A stretch of DNA of 64,000 nt from a virus: the IMG/VR virus record IMGVR_UViG_3300047274_000223. One strand, 5' to 3'. Positions 11,901-19,306 of the stretch are shown here, in pieces. Position numbers and translations under genes: made by a program. The stretch's first letter is position 1; every line of letters begins with the position of its first letter. Below the pieces are notes generated by a model. It was not told the origin of the DNA and searched no databases. It worked only from the letters and a program-made list of their open reading frames with translations.

Positions 11901-14900
11901 AGGACAAATCATTGAAGTCGCTGTAACAGATCCTGGTAAAGGATATACTGAAGCATATATTGATGTTGACGCTATTGATGGTATTCTGGGTCCACAATTG
12001 AGTGGTTCTGGTGCTGTTTTAGATGTCATCATTCCACCAAAAGGAACTGGATCTTCTATCTTTGTGAAAGGAGAAAATGTAGGTAAGATTAAGAAACTGA
12101 AGAATAATAACTTTGGTTTTAATTATACACATGATTATACATTAAGACCAGAAATTACATTCCCAGTAAACTTACAATTAATTAATACGAGTATTCTTAG
12201 CAACATAAAAGTTACAGATCCTGGTACTGGTTATACATCTATTCCTCAGGTAGTGATCACAGGTGGTGGTGGATCTGGAGCTGAAGCTATTGCGGAAATT
12301 AGAAATGGTAGAATTAGTGGTATTGTAATCAAGAATGCTGGATTTGGTTACAGTACTGCTCCTGTAGTTGAGTTAAAGACATCCTTTACTTATGTTGTGA
12401 ACTTAGACCTCGGACTATTCCAGATGGCATATCCCCATGGAATTACTAATGGATCTGAGGTTACATTTACTGTAGAGGATTTGGGTGAAGGAACTGCATT
12501 CCCACTAACCTCATTCGGTTATATCATCCCAGGTCAGATCTATTATGCAATTGCAGGAGAATTGGCAGGTCTGGAAGATGATCAACTAAGAATTGCATTA
12601 ACCCCACAAGATGCAGAATCTGGCAACTATATCTCTTTTGCTAATGCTGGTAATGGAAGACAAATTTTATTAACTAACTCATTTGGTGGCGCAGCAGAGG
12701 CCATTGTTGAAACTGGAAGATTCTTATCTGGTGAACAGATATTCCAAGGTGAAAGTTTAGAAACTGCATCAGCAATTGGTTATGTTTCCAATAATGACGG
12801 ATGGCAAATTGGACCAAGAATCCTCAAATTAATTAACACAACAGGAACATTCTCAGTAGGTCAAATTGTAAATGGTGTCATCTCAAAAGCAAGTGGTACT
12901 ATTGATAACATCAACGCTGCAAAAGGAGTTATTGAGGTTGATTCAATCACCAAGACTCCTGGTAAGTTCTTAGATGATGTCGGCAAACCAAATGAAATTG
13001 TACAGAAAATTCAAGACTCATACTTATACCAACAGTTCTCTTATAATGTAAAATCTCCGATTTCTATCGATCAATGGAAGACCACAGTAATTGACAATAC
13101 TCACCCAACAGGATTTAAGATCTTTGGTGAAATTCAAATTGAAGAGAACCAGAAAGGTCTCACCGATAAGGTCGATTTTGAACTAACGAAGAGCGTAAAT
13201 CTCGTCGAAAGTTCTGTGGTTGCTCACATTGACAACTTTGGTCTAGTAGAACCAGTTTACAAAGAATTTGATAATACTCAAGTACTATTCAGAACCAAAA
13301 AACTAACATCATCCGAGGAAATTCTAACTTCATATGTGCAGAAAATTGATGATATTGCATACCTATTTGATGGGGAGAGAACATCTTTCCCACTAACCAT
13401 TGATGGGAATACGGTAATTGCTAACACCAATCAATTACAACTAGTGATTAATGGTGTTGCACAGTCTCCTGGAACATCTTTCCAAGTTCAGCAAGGAAGT
13501 ATCGTATTTAATGAGGCTCCTCCCGCTCCAACTAAGATCAGTTATGCTAGATTGACACTGCAATTCTTGCAAAGTTTTGAACTTCAAATTAGTAATGTCA
13601 GTGGTATTTTGCCCGAGCTCGGACAAACTATTAGAGGTCTCATTAGTGGTGTTTCGGCAACTGTGATTGAATCAACAACATCAACAATCACAGTATTTAA
13701 CAAGAGTGGAAATTTTACTCCTGGGGAACTACTCCTCGGATCTGCTACTGGACTTAGTGCCCAATTCGATTCTGAAGTATTACTTGTAAATGATAATGTA
13801 TTTGAATTCAAAGAATCCATCACAAATACAAACAAAAAAACAGCAGAAGTTGAAGAGATTAATTTAAATATTACAAATAGCGTTGTAACTAACGAGATTG
13901 TAATTAGTAAGACTTCTGGTACTTATAATAGTCCCGCAGGTCTTCTAGCGATTGGAATTAATGATTTTATTGTTTCGGCCAAAACCAAAGTTATTGCTAA
14001 AGTAATTTCGGTTTCACCATATATTGATCCTGAAACTGGAGCTCCTATTTCATCAATCGCAATTAGTGATCCAAGTACTTTCTTCGGATTGTTATATAAT
14101 AGAATTGTCTCACCAGATTATCCAAACGTAATCTTAGATGACATCAGCAAGTCTAGTGTAGAAATTGTAGATATCTCAGATTCCGATTTGAAGATTGAGG
14201 GAAGAATTCCAGAGTTCGAAACAATTAATAATATTACTGCAGAGTATACCGTAAACTCTGGCACTGGTATTGTAGAAGAAGAGTTTATCCAAAACATCAA
14301 AATTAACTACATTAATTCGACTGGAGATTATGCCAATGGTGAGGTCGTCAAAGTTAATAAGTTAGCATATAAGAATCTAACTGGAGGAAACTTCCAGGCT
14401 GGAGATATTGTTTCAAATGGATCTGGATATACTGCCAATGTTATTGGTGTAAGTTATGCATTGAAATATCTATTCTTAGGAGAGCAAACAGGTTCGTTTA
14501 GTATTGGTGACACATTATCATGTGATAGATCATTTGTATCTAATGATGATATTGTTGCTGGTAGAAATGCTGATGCATCCGACCTAATTCTTGCCAACAA
14601 ACTTCTGATTGCAGATGTTGCAGTCGGTAGAATGCTTGCTGCCTACCCTGGATTTACTGTACCAGGAGGAAACCAAAATTGCAAGGATGATATTGTTGAT
14701 GTTCTAGATGAAATTTGCTTTAACCTTAAGTATGGTGGAAACCACAGGGCATATGATGTAGGTCAACTCTATATCGACAACACATATCTACAGGATGAGA
14801 GAGATGAATCGGTTTATGCTTTCAACCAAGCAAGAGATATGGCAATTCAGGCCATGCGTAATGAATCAATTACTATTGGCGGATATTCGTCTCTCAGTCA

Positions 14901-17900
14901 GTATTTTGATCTAACTGTAGAAGGAGATCAGTCTGGAGAAGCAGGGGTTTATGTTCCTGGTGACTGTGCCGATGTTGCAGCATCACTAACTACATTATTT
15001 GGTATTGTAACTCAAGCTATTGGAAGTGATGCTACTCCTGGCAATTTAACTGGTATTACAAGAACTAATATTGGAACAGTATTTGCAGAAATCTCAGCAT
15101 ATTTGGAGATTCCATTTAATGTGGAGCAAATTAATCCTACGACCGATACTATTACAACTTTCCAATACTTTGACGATACCCAACATAGATTTAGAGATGC
15201 AGCGAACTTACTAAGATTGAATTCCACTTATATTATTGAAGAAGCTGTTGGTAGAATGAAGAATTTGTATCCAGATTTGATTATCCCAGGTGATGAAACT
15301 GGAGGATCTGATGGAACTTCCAGATGTAAACTCGACCTATCATTACTTCTAAATGCTACCATCGATGATTTGGAGTATGGTGGAAATTATGAAACTCTTG
15401 CTGCTGGACGTTTTTACTTAGATGAAAACGGTGGTATTAGATTTATATCCAGACAAATTCTGCAGAGCGTATATGCTCACCAACAGATGAGTCTATTGTG
15501 TCAGGAAGCAGTACAAGGTACTTTATCAAATACACCAGAATATACCAATGAAATTCCAGTATTACCTCTAGACATTACCATTGATCCATCACCAGTAAAC
15601 GGAGTATATTGTGCAGATGTAGTGTCAAAAATTGATACTTTATGGTCTTTAATCAATGAGGTAATTACTACTACTGGAGATGTGTATAAGGATGCATCAA
15701 ATGCTCTTTGGTTTAATAGAGACTTTATTGCAGATGAAGCGGTAGGTAAAACAACTAACTATTTCACATATTACTTGAATGGAACTGAGTATAAGGCCTT
15801 CGAATATCCAGGTGGAAATAATGGTGTAACCAAGTGTACCAGAGATATTGCAGATTATATCATCCCATCGATTATTGCAGACTTAATGAGTGGAGGCGAC
15901 TCAAATATAATTGATGCAATGACATATTATATTGATGTTAATGACGTTCTCCATGTTAAAGATGAACTTCTACCAACAATCTATGCATTTGAGCAAGTAA
16001 ATATTCTTTGCCAATATGCAATTGATAATTGGGTAATAACGGGTACTTCTACTGTCTATTCACCACAATTTGGTAATGTGGCAAATATGTATTTTGATGA
16101 ATCGATCACAGAAGATGATGGTACTTATGGTACAAACTGTGCAAGAGTAAAGTCTGCAATTGACACTTTATTCACAAAAGCTATTGCTATTCTATTACCA
16201 GAAAGAGATCAATATATTCTCTCGGGTAGACATTACGATGCGGCCAATCTTATCGAGTCCAATAAACTTCTAATTGCTGATGTTGCAGTTGGCAGAATGC
16301 TTGCTGCCTTCCCTGGATTTACTGTACCAAATGGCAATCAAAATTGTAAAGATGATATTGTCGATATTCTTGATACTCTTTGCTTTAACTTGAGATTTGG
16401 TGGAAATCATAAAGTATATGATGCAGCGCAGATTTATATTACAAATTCAGGATTGTTGAATGGGGAGCAAACAGAATCTATCTATGCATTTAATCAGGCA
16501 AGAGATCTGGCAATTGAGGTCATGCGTAATCAGACTATTGCGATTGGCGGATATTCATCAAGAACTCAAGTTAAAGATCTGACAATTGTTGCCGATCCTA
16601 TAACTGGTTCCAATACAAGTGCATCTTCTTGTGCAAATGTAGCATCTACAATTACGACATTGATTGCAATTGTAACTCAAGCAGTGCAAAATGGCAATTT
16701 AACTGGGATTACAAGAACAACTGATAGTACATCAAATAACTTATATAGAGATGCTGCTAAGTTGATCCTATTCAACAAAGAGTATTTCAAGGAGGAGATT
16801 GCTGGAGCAGTAACTGCACAGTATCCTGGATTTAATTTTGGTGGGGCAAACTCTACCGAATTGCCAACATACAGAACAAAATGCAAGAGAGACATTGGAT
16901 ATATTGTAGATGCAATTGTATATGACTTACTAACAAATGGCAACTCCGCAATCCTTTTTGCAACACAGTCCTATATTGATGCTGCAACGGGAACTTTAAT
17001 CTCCTTACAGGGTGAACTGGTTCAGACTCTATATGCATATACACTATTAAAAACTTTCATGAAGTCTGCTATTAGAGAGAACTTAACTTCACCTTCACCA
17101 AATGTTTCATTTTATGCATACTCTGATAATAATATCGCTCTAACTGCCGATCATCTAACTACAATTGATACCTTCCTAGATGATAGGATGTCAATTCTAT
17201 TAGGAACTCTTAATAATTCAAACTATATTGAAGCAAATGAAATTATTGAATATAATGCAATCACAATTCCATCTAGAGTGTATCCATCCAGAATTGATAT
17301 TACTGGAATTAGCGGTAGACTAAGTGCTGGTGATTATATCTATGGACAAACTTCAGGTATCAAAGGAGAAATAGAATCTATCTTTACAAATAGAGCTACT
17401 ATTAAGAAGACTTTGAAGAGAGTAAGAATTAACTTCACTCTTCCACTAGAGAGATTCATTGAGAATGACACAGTAACCGTTCAAGGTTCAGCAACAAATA
17501 ATGGTATAGTGTATTCATACTCATACTCAGAAAACTTTAATTATATTGATGTTGATGTAAACTCTGGTTCTTTCACCCCAGGTGATATTCTAATTAATGG
17601 TGAAGGTTACACGGCAACGGTAGTTTCTGTAACAGATAAAGTACAGATTTCAAAACTAATTGGTCAATTTAGCAATGGAGATAAGATTAGAGAATTTGGT
17701 TCTAGTACAGAATTTACAATTTCTAATTATTCTAATGTAAGTGCTCCAGTTTTAGATAACACTGGTTCCAAATTGACCCTGGAAACGGAGTCTTATTTTG
17801 GAAACTTTAATGTTTCGAATGTCATTTATTCAAACACTAGTGATGTTTATATTGATGTGAAATATAACTTGGGAACACAAGTTGGTCTTGGTGATCTAGT

Positions 17901-19275
17901 ACTAACTAAAAAAATCTATAAACTAGAAGTTGTATTGAGTGATCCAGCTGTTGTAAGTTTTCCTTTGGGAAATCAACTTCAAGATTCGGCATTGTTAACA
18001 ACAATTGGCACTATTGTTGCATTTATTCCAAATGATCCTGAGGCGCCTACAACTGCAGAGATTTATGTCGGTAACTTAGAACAAGACTTCTTTACAAATG
18101 GATCTACAGTAAATTGTTATGAACCTGGAAATAACTTCCCAATTGGTATTGCAACTGTTACTTCTGCACAAGAAATAACATCTGAGGCTTATGGATTTAT
18201 TGAAAAAATTGATCAGGTTGGTGAAGGCTATAGAATTTATTTAAGTTCTGTAAAAGGTACTTTTAATCCATACGCACAACTGTTGGGAAGATTCGGTTAC
18301 AAGTCTCTGATTACAGATACAAAATCTATTATTGGAAGAGTGTCAAGAAGTTTTAGAGGATTTGATGGTGTACAAGATACTTTTGATCTAACTATCAATA
18401 ATGGAACCGCATATCTACCAAACCCAGATGGTCATATGTTGGTATTCTTGAATGGCGTTCTACAACCACCAACAACTTCGTATTCTGCGTTTAGTGATGT
18501 TATTCAGTTCACCGAACCACCAGAACTAGGAGCTTCTTTCCACGCCGTTTATATTGGCAAATTGAGACAACTAGATGATATTGGATTTGAATTTGATTCT
18601 CTGAGAAATAGTTTCAACTTGAAACTAGATGAAGTTTTCTACTCACTAACAGTTACTTCTGGTTCGGAAGCATCAAATATTAAACCAGAAAATAATATTA
18701 TTATTTCACTAAATGGTATCATTCAAGAACCTGGAGTTGCGTTTGAACTTGTTGGTTCTCGTGTAATTTTTGCTGAGATTCCAAGAGCAGGTTCTAGTTT
18801 TGTTGCATTCTCATATATTGGTTCTGACGCTGACGTTATTGCTTCTGAAGTTATCCCACCAATTGAAGCGGGAGATCAACTTTTACTTGAAGGTGAAGAT
18901 CAGGATAGAACAGTTGCTATTATTGAATCTTCAAACTCTCTAGTAACATTTGACTACACTGGATCTGTTTTTGGTAGAAATGCATCTGCTCTTGTATCCT
19001 TGATCAAGGGAAGAATTACTGAGTTGTCAGTAACCTCATCAGGTAACGGTTATACTTCGAGACCGTCCGTATCCATTGACTCCACAACTGGTTTTGATGG
19101 GCAAGTTAAGGCTCTAGTCGGTGTTTCTAGAGTTGATGTCGTTGATCGAGGAGGTGGATACAAGTATCCAGAGATTGAAATTGTTAATGATGTATCTGAT
19201 ACTCCCGCACTACTTATCTTCGACTCCACTGGTACATCTTTCGATACGGAAGATATTACGTTCGACCAGGCATAA
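2935..19275 (+). CDS. gp7: Giant baseplate wedge initiator, gp7-like (5446 aa), multidomain
   Basis: Sits between gp6 and gp8. Contains KDFYSSKGTRQAISYLFKVLYG and HPTGFKIFGE motifs, many GxGY...P glycine-rich repeats, a YHYH-like segment (HSPIIGWAFDGNPIYGPYG) and propeller-like, LamG-like and helical repeat segments. Confidence 0.85.
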   Translation: MHNEPQVSLSVLNQIPDFIREEHPLFEEFLRSYYSSLERGSGPVNILNNLPDYFNLSKYDLRKLNSTTNLIGNISPDSRNIEVESTDNFPDENGTILIDDEVIYYESVRKSPNVVLTPDISYSEFNKKLITLSNPYEQLDGIRDTFDLKANNEPVFPPSARHLIVRLYNEVLIPDVDYIVLGDKIKFTSVPREFDPVDLGDSFEDISIKYLKGFSESTITTIDNIGVINTAVDEERYDFNLRIDGVPFEPSSLSLMVVIVDNILLRPNLDYTVYGSSILLKNYPTQNSYIGVINAPLLSVGNGFVGYSVVNSQGQVERILVKNGGKNYSIDNTPKVSLVKGAGKNATARALISGVKEITLLEGGRGYSKENPPRVLVQSPDNPDGSVARAAVEVDEQGHVSEVHVTFSGSGYDFVPRVQFINPTGAAVGNVVVNQNGSIVSVDVLSGGIGYTVAPLIYIDDPIAPNGIKALLQGNLGSDGILQSVSVLTGGTGYDQYNPPRVAVIQPTGAQVLSVDVDSFGRVVNIELLSGGFGYEDVPSVYIVDDRVDNIGNPIGGTGATAVATVFNGEIIDINITNFGEGYSLEEPPKIFISSPVGAKASAQIGEQQITGFEVIESGINYVKSEFVGCSRGVSGIIGYDSDENAIFSGEDTSTPSLHLEGSLVKGLDSVFLTTILDRIVKQYIPGLPKLDYNTVNIANILRTVKDFYSSKGTRQAISYLFKVLYGVDIDISYPKDQIIKPSAASWSIDTILRARLISGNPENIRDTSIIQEEDAVDTNVKYAEATVENFIAIQTSDYDVYELVLSEESIVGSFTIPYKTKLAEPMTPETSIITVDSTIGWPERNGEIIVGTEIIRYKEKSLTQFIECTRGINETPGSWDSGTIISSNFYIRANPGTQNEVVMSVLGIVESNNTTLTDESSYYLPGDKLSISKLGSLDASPLVTSWLYNVKKLIEVESITYGGIGDRTATVTCSNPHGLLVGDQVTVYGANPIVYNGSFLVSARESALVFKYELPQPATLNPQGNILISVDLNKGKSDEESINSAITNFATNIQNTFFNSSDVYVAASGIPNYKIGPFLGTSLLPGNQRKLYRFPRLPQTISLKPETKYGSVGSFINGVSAWNYKSNDIFKYGPVTKVNIINPGSDYDADSPPVLSIRGGGGSGAVGSVIVDGSVTSIEVTNQGDGYTSSPLVSISGGKGSGASATAIITNGKVTRILVNTTGSGYTSAPTITVTGGGGFGCTAVASVRGPIKEVVVEDYGNDYTSAPSVSLSSGEGAAAQAYVSNGRILSIAVIASGNGYTTAPKVVIVGEGYGAVAIANIQTEGSEAGKVTSITILNRGIGYKQGTTQIRLESVGQGAVFNTEIFGWTFNLQETVNFDYANGSIFEGFNKQFGGEYGHVSNPKQLRYVLGDNLTVVQGQIVEKESGIVHSPIIGWAFDGNPIYGPYGLSDPTNLSSTIVPINSSYVLKSNLVFDAQINPTPVRIDGPSLDEYPAGTFIEDYIYQFRSEQFYLDEYNGRYCKTPEYPEGTYAYFITLNSDGSPAFPYIVGPNFYSIPDSWNLTQFAVQSNIPSGIVRYRAPFENVDIDVDRAPNESTNALTLENGDILTFEVEDENRDGVIDEFEEGDPDQIFEESKLQLFDYFPKIDFSSKVDIEIETTTKFEDAKISGFLIENAGENHQVGDRLIFDDTGTEGYGASAVVSEIVGKNITSYNYEYSASQDEYFGIVQTDSPHNMVIGDIVNVTTVPLMEPTTKSIYVRTIQGLEDVVVVTPGLGYDPEIDIQAVIDSDTGIGAVVEPIISSTGSLNDVRIINSGRNYLTDPKIRISHPQVQKRSIYFAISRYYEGSVKIFKSISDSSKNTYIVGSVKSSNNDTHAFISKINSEGTVLWSKSLTAIQPGSTKRAEFVDIVKNGSDLYVIGNTYPNTPSADNFNPDLLFAKYTENTSGTSVTLTWQKEAAGISGVLRKDYITGISALNNNIIICGHTTTNSTGAYDGILMYLSPGGDILHKRKLTSTTGTEKLLGIKVDSDDNIYVVGQTVENNLLVAKLRIVESKIISTWQKQVVYSGQEFHDIAFDIDEYDELFITASIGTTTRNKLGLVKLDGNANVIAQKEYSIPSIYSIIGAGCTIDVFSDLNVGYSAVDTNGKKTSGVIKLDYRGNVINSYTLGGVEGYNLVQVLSDVSGDPYFVGNIQPNRSQFLYNGNDYTDFIGRQGNLTTSGTVSINTDPKWGTNAFTVGQNGVLSTPTLSSSGNWTVDAWIKWDSAATAKVAQIFRIYDSSLTDGIKVQLFADNSSPSTLGKWRISNDGATVSTFSASTNNVTLLSSGYYYIAVNKSYNSSTGISTYTLYFNGTQQAQITLTNNINPTQIQVGSSTTYNSWPTKIDSFRLSNYAITATTIPTAAFSGYDYGTEVGYLMKFDKNADAERMGDITLTNNGIITTRTTSSISDNQLELLVETYALGPDGLQVLDMNDTTSYLTQDYHLPSSYADVWSSRTATIPSPGGRKAVFETSAYGKYFFRHFVIDKFDNVRVLEINQDFNFDIGTRINQKNSIGSTVGSARIVDIDTSNDLLYVTDVSGTFSTNSGYLESSDLKINEIEDYTFAYIDASSPGTFGISIPAEVEATFKTYSDEDYLIRIDEIITGASYARGSVVSLGPEYFSFSADRRSVTISGLASVTQITLIVNLTKTLQIDLISNTNRIFARSTTSHYLSVGENIYTETAPQYSYADGSFYIKEILSKKEFIFEIDSVPGSFIGSGTQLYVYVKHPVFKFIYGQQYTFDVTHVSNEGYYLSFYRDNLNKIEYTFKNIVRKGIPGRDAPGASPFISFKVTDDVSNISYYADPSRIGPKSPVSNFSYIDVVKSPYIGKFEIIETSGGTVTVGDNKFKFKIGIDPEKNAQSSLSSYSTQSSKVAGSIANIRLVNGGGFYKKLPVITDIQSVRKIERVEIRSPGTEYQPGEYFGVPILGDGAGGKVRIIVDENSDPAGQIIEVAVTDPGKGYTEAYIDVDAIDGILGPQLSGSGAVLDVIIPPKGTGSSIFVKGENVGKIKKLKNNNFGFNYTHDYTLRPEITFPVNLQLINTSILSNIKVTDPGTGYTSIPQVVITGGGGSGAEAIAEIRNGRISGIVIKNAGFGYSTAPVVELKTSFTYVVNLDLGLFQMAYPHGITNGSEVTFTVEDLGEGTAFPLTSFGYIIPGQIYYAIAGELAGLEDDQLRIALTPQDAESGNYISFANAGNGRQILLTNSFGGAAEAIVETGRFLSGEQIFQGESLETASAIGYVSNNDGWQIGPRILKLINTTGTFSVGQIVNGVISKASGTIDNINAAKGVIEVDSITKTPGKFLDDVGKPNEIVQKIQDSYLYQQFSYNVKSPISIDQWKTTVIDNTHPTGFKIFGEIQIEENQKGLTDKVDFELTKSVNLVESSVVAHIDNFGLVEPVYKEFDNTQVLFRTKKLTSSEEILTSYVQKIDDIAYLFDGERTSFPLTIDGNTVIANTNQLQLVINGVAQSPGTSFQVQQGSIVFNEAPPAPTKISYARLTLQFLQSFELQISNVSGILPELGQTIRGLISGVSATVIESTTSTITVFNKSGNFTPGELLLGSATGLSAQFDSEVLLVNDNVFEFKESITNTNKKTAEVEEINLNITNSVVTNEIVISKTSGTYNSPAGLLAIGINDFIVSAKTKVIAKVISVSPYIDPETGAPISSIAISDPSTFFGLLYNRIVSPDYPNVILDDISKSSVEIVDISDSDLKIEGRIPEFETINNITAEYTVNSGTGIVEEEFIQNIKINYINSTGDYANGEVVKVNKLAYKNLTGGNFQAGDIVSNGSGYTANVIGVSYALKYLFLGEQTGSFSIGDTLSCDRSFVSNDDIVAGRNADASDLILANKLLIADVAVGRMLAAYPGFTVPGGNQNCKDDIVDVLDEICFNLKYGGNHRAYDVGQLYIDNTYLQDERDESVYAFNQARDMAIQAMRNESITIGGYSSLSQYFDLTVEGDQSGEAGVYVPGDCADVAASLTTLFGIVTQAIGSDATPGNLTGITRTNIGTVFAEISAYLEIPFNVEQINPTTDTITTFQYFDDTQHRFRDAANLLRLNSTYIIEEAVGRMKNLYPDLIIPGDETGGSDGTSRCKLDLSLLLNATIDDLEYGGNYETLAAGRFYLDENGGIRFISRQILQSVYAHQQMSLLCQEAVQGTLSNTPEYTNEIPVLPLDITIDPSPVNGVYCADVVSKIDTLWSLINEVITTTGDVYKDASNALWFNRDFIADEAVGKTTNYFTYYLNGTEYKAFEYPGGNNGVTKCTRDIADYIIPSIIADLMSGGDSNIIDAMTYYIDVNDVLHVKDELLPTIYAFEQVNILCQYAIDNWVITGTSTVYSPQFGNVANMYFDESITEDDGTYGTNCARVKSAIDTLFTKAIAILLPERDQYILSGRHYDAANLIESNKLLIADVAVGRMLAAFPGFTVPNGNQNCKDDIVDILDTLCFNLRFGGNHKVYDAAQIYITNSGLLNGEQTESIYAFNQARDLAIEVMRNQTIAIGGYSSRTQVKDLTIVADPITGSNTSASSCANVASTITTLIAIVTQAVQNGNLTGITRTTDSTSNNLYRDAAKLILFNKEYFKEEIAGAVTAQYPGFNFGGANSTELPTYRTKCKRDIGYIVDAIVYDLLTNGNSAILFATQSYIDAATGTLISLQGELVQTLYAYTLLKTFMKSAIRENLTSPSPNVSFYAYSDNNIALTADHLTTIDTFLDDRMSILLGTLNNSNYIEANEIIEYNAITIPSRVYPSRIDITGISGRLSAGDYIYGQTSGIKGEIESIFTNRATIKKTLKRVRINFTLPLERFIENDTVTVQGSATNNGIVYSYSYSENFNYIDVDVNSGSFTPGDILINGEGYTATVVSVTDKVQISKLIGQFSNGDKIREFGSSTEFTISNYSNVSAPVLDNTGSKLTLETESYFGNFNVSNVIYSNTSDVYIDVKYNLGTQVGLGDLVLTKKIYKLEVVLSDPAVVSFPLGNQLQDSALLTTIGTIVAFIPNDPEAPTTAEIYVGNLEQDFFTNGSTVNCYEPGNNFPIGIATVTSAQEITSEAYGFIEKIDQVGEGYRIYLSSVKGTFNPYAQLLGRFGYKSLITDTKSIIGRVSRSFRGFDGVQDTFDLTINNGTAYLPNPDGHMLVFLNGVLQPPTTSYSAFSDVIQFTEPPELGASFHAVYIGKLRQLDDIGFEFDSLRNSFNLKLDEVFYSLTVTSGSEASNIKPENNIIISLNGIIQEPGVAFELVGSRVIFAEIPRAGSSFVAFSYIGSDADVIASEVIPPIEAGDQLLLEGEDQDRTVAIIESSNSLVTFDYTGSVFGRNASALVSLIKGRITELSVTSSGNGYTSRPSVSIDSTTGFDGQVKALVGVSRVDVVDRGGGYKYPEIEIVNDVSDTPALLIFDSTGTSFDTEDITFDQA
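14560..16719 (+). repeat. Internal duplication in gp7: about 0.5 kb copies at 14560-15066 and 16225-16719; more diverged helical copies near 15181, 15685 and 16740
   Basis: DASDLILANKLLIADVAVGRMLAAYPGFTVPGGNQNCKDDIVD vs DAANLIESNKLLIADVAVGRMLAAFPGFTVPNGNQNCKDDIVD; similarity is visible at nucleotide level. Confidence 0.9.
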
Positions 19276-19278
19276 ATA
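19271..19278 (+). promoter_or_regulatory. T4-type late promoter (CATAAATA)
   Basis: Matches NATAAATA, overlaps the gp7 stop, and lies upstream of an AAGGAG RBS and the ATG at 19307. Confidence 0.7.
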
Positions 19279-19306
19279 AACTTGAGAAGGAGTTTTTTAA
19301 AACGAA

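Noticed and set aside
14560-16719. Possible diversity-generating retroelement template/variable repeat pair (also considered because the fibre has an Mtd-like N-terminus)
   Set aside because: Mismatches are not adenine-specific, both copies are in-frame coding, and no reverse transcriptase is in the window.
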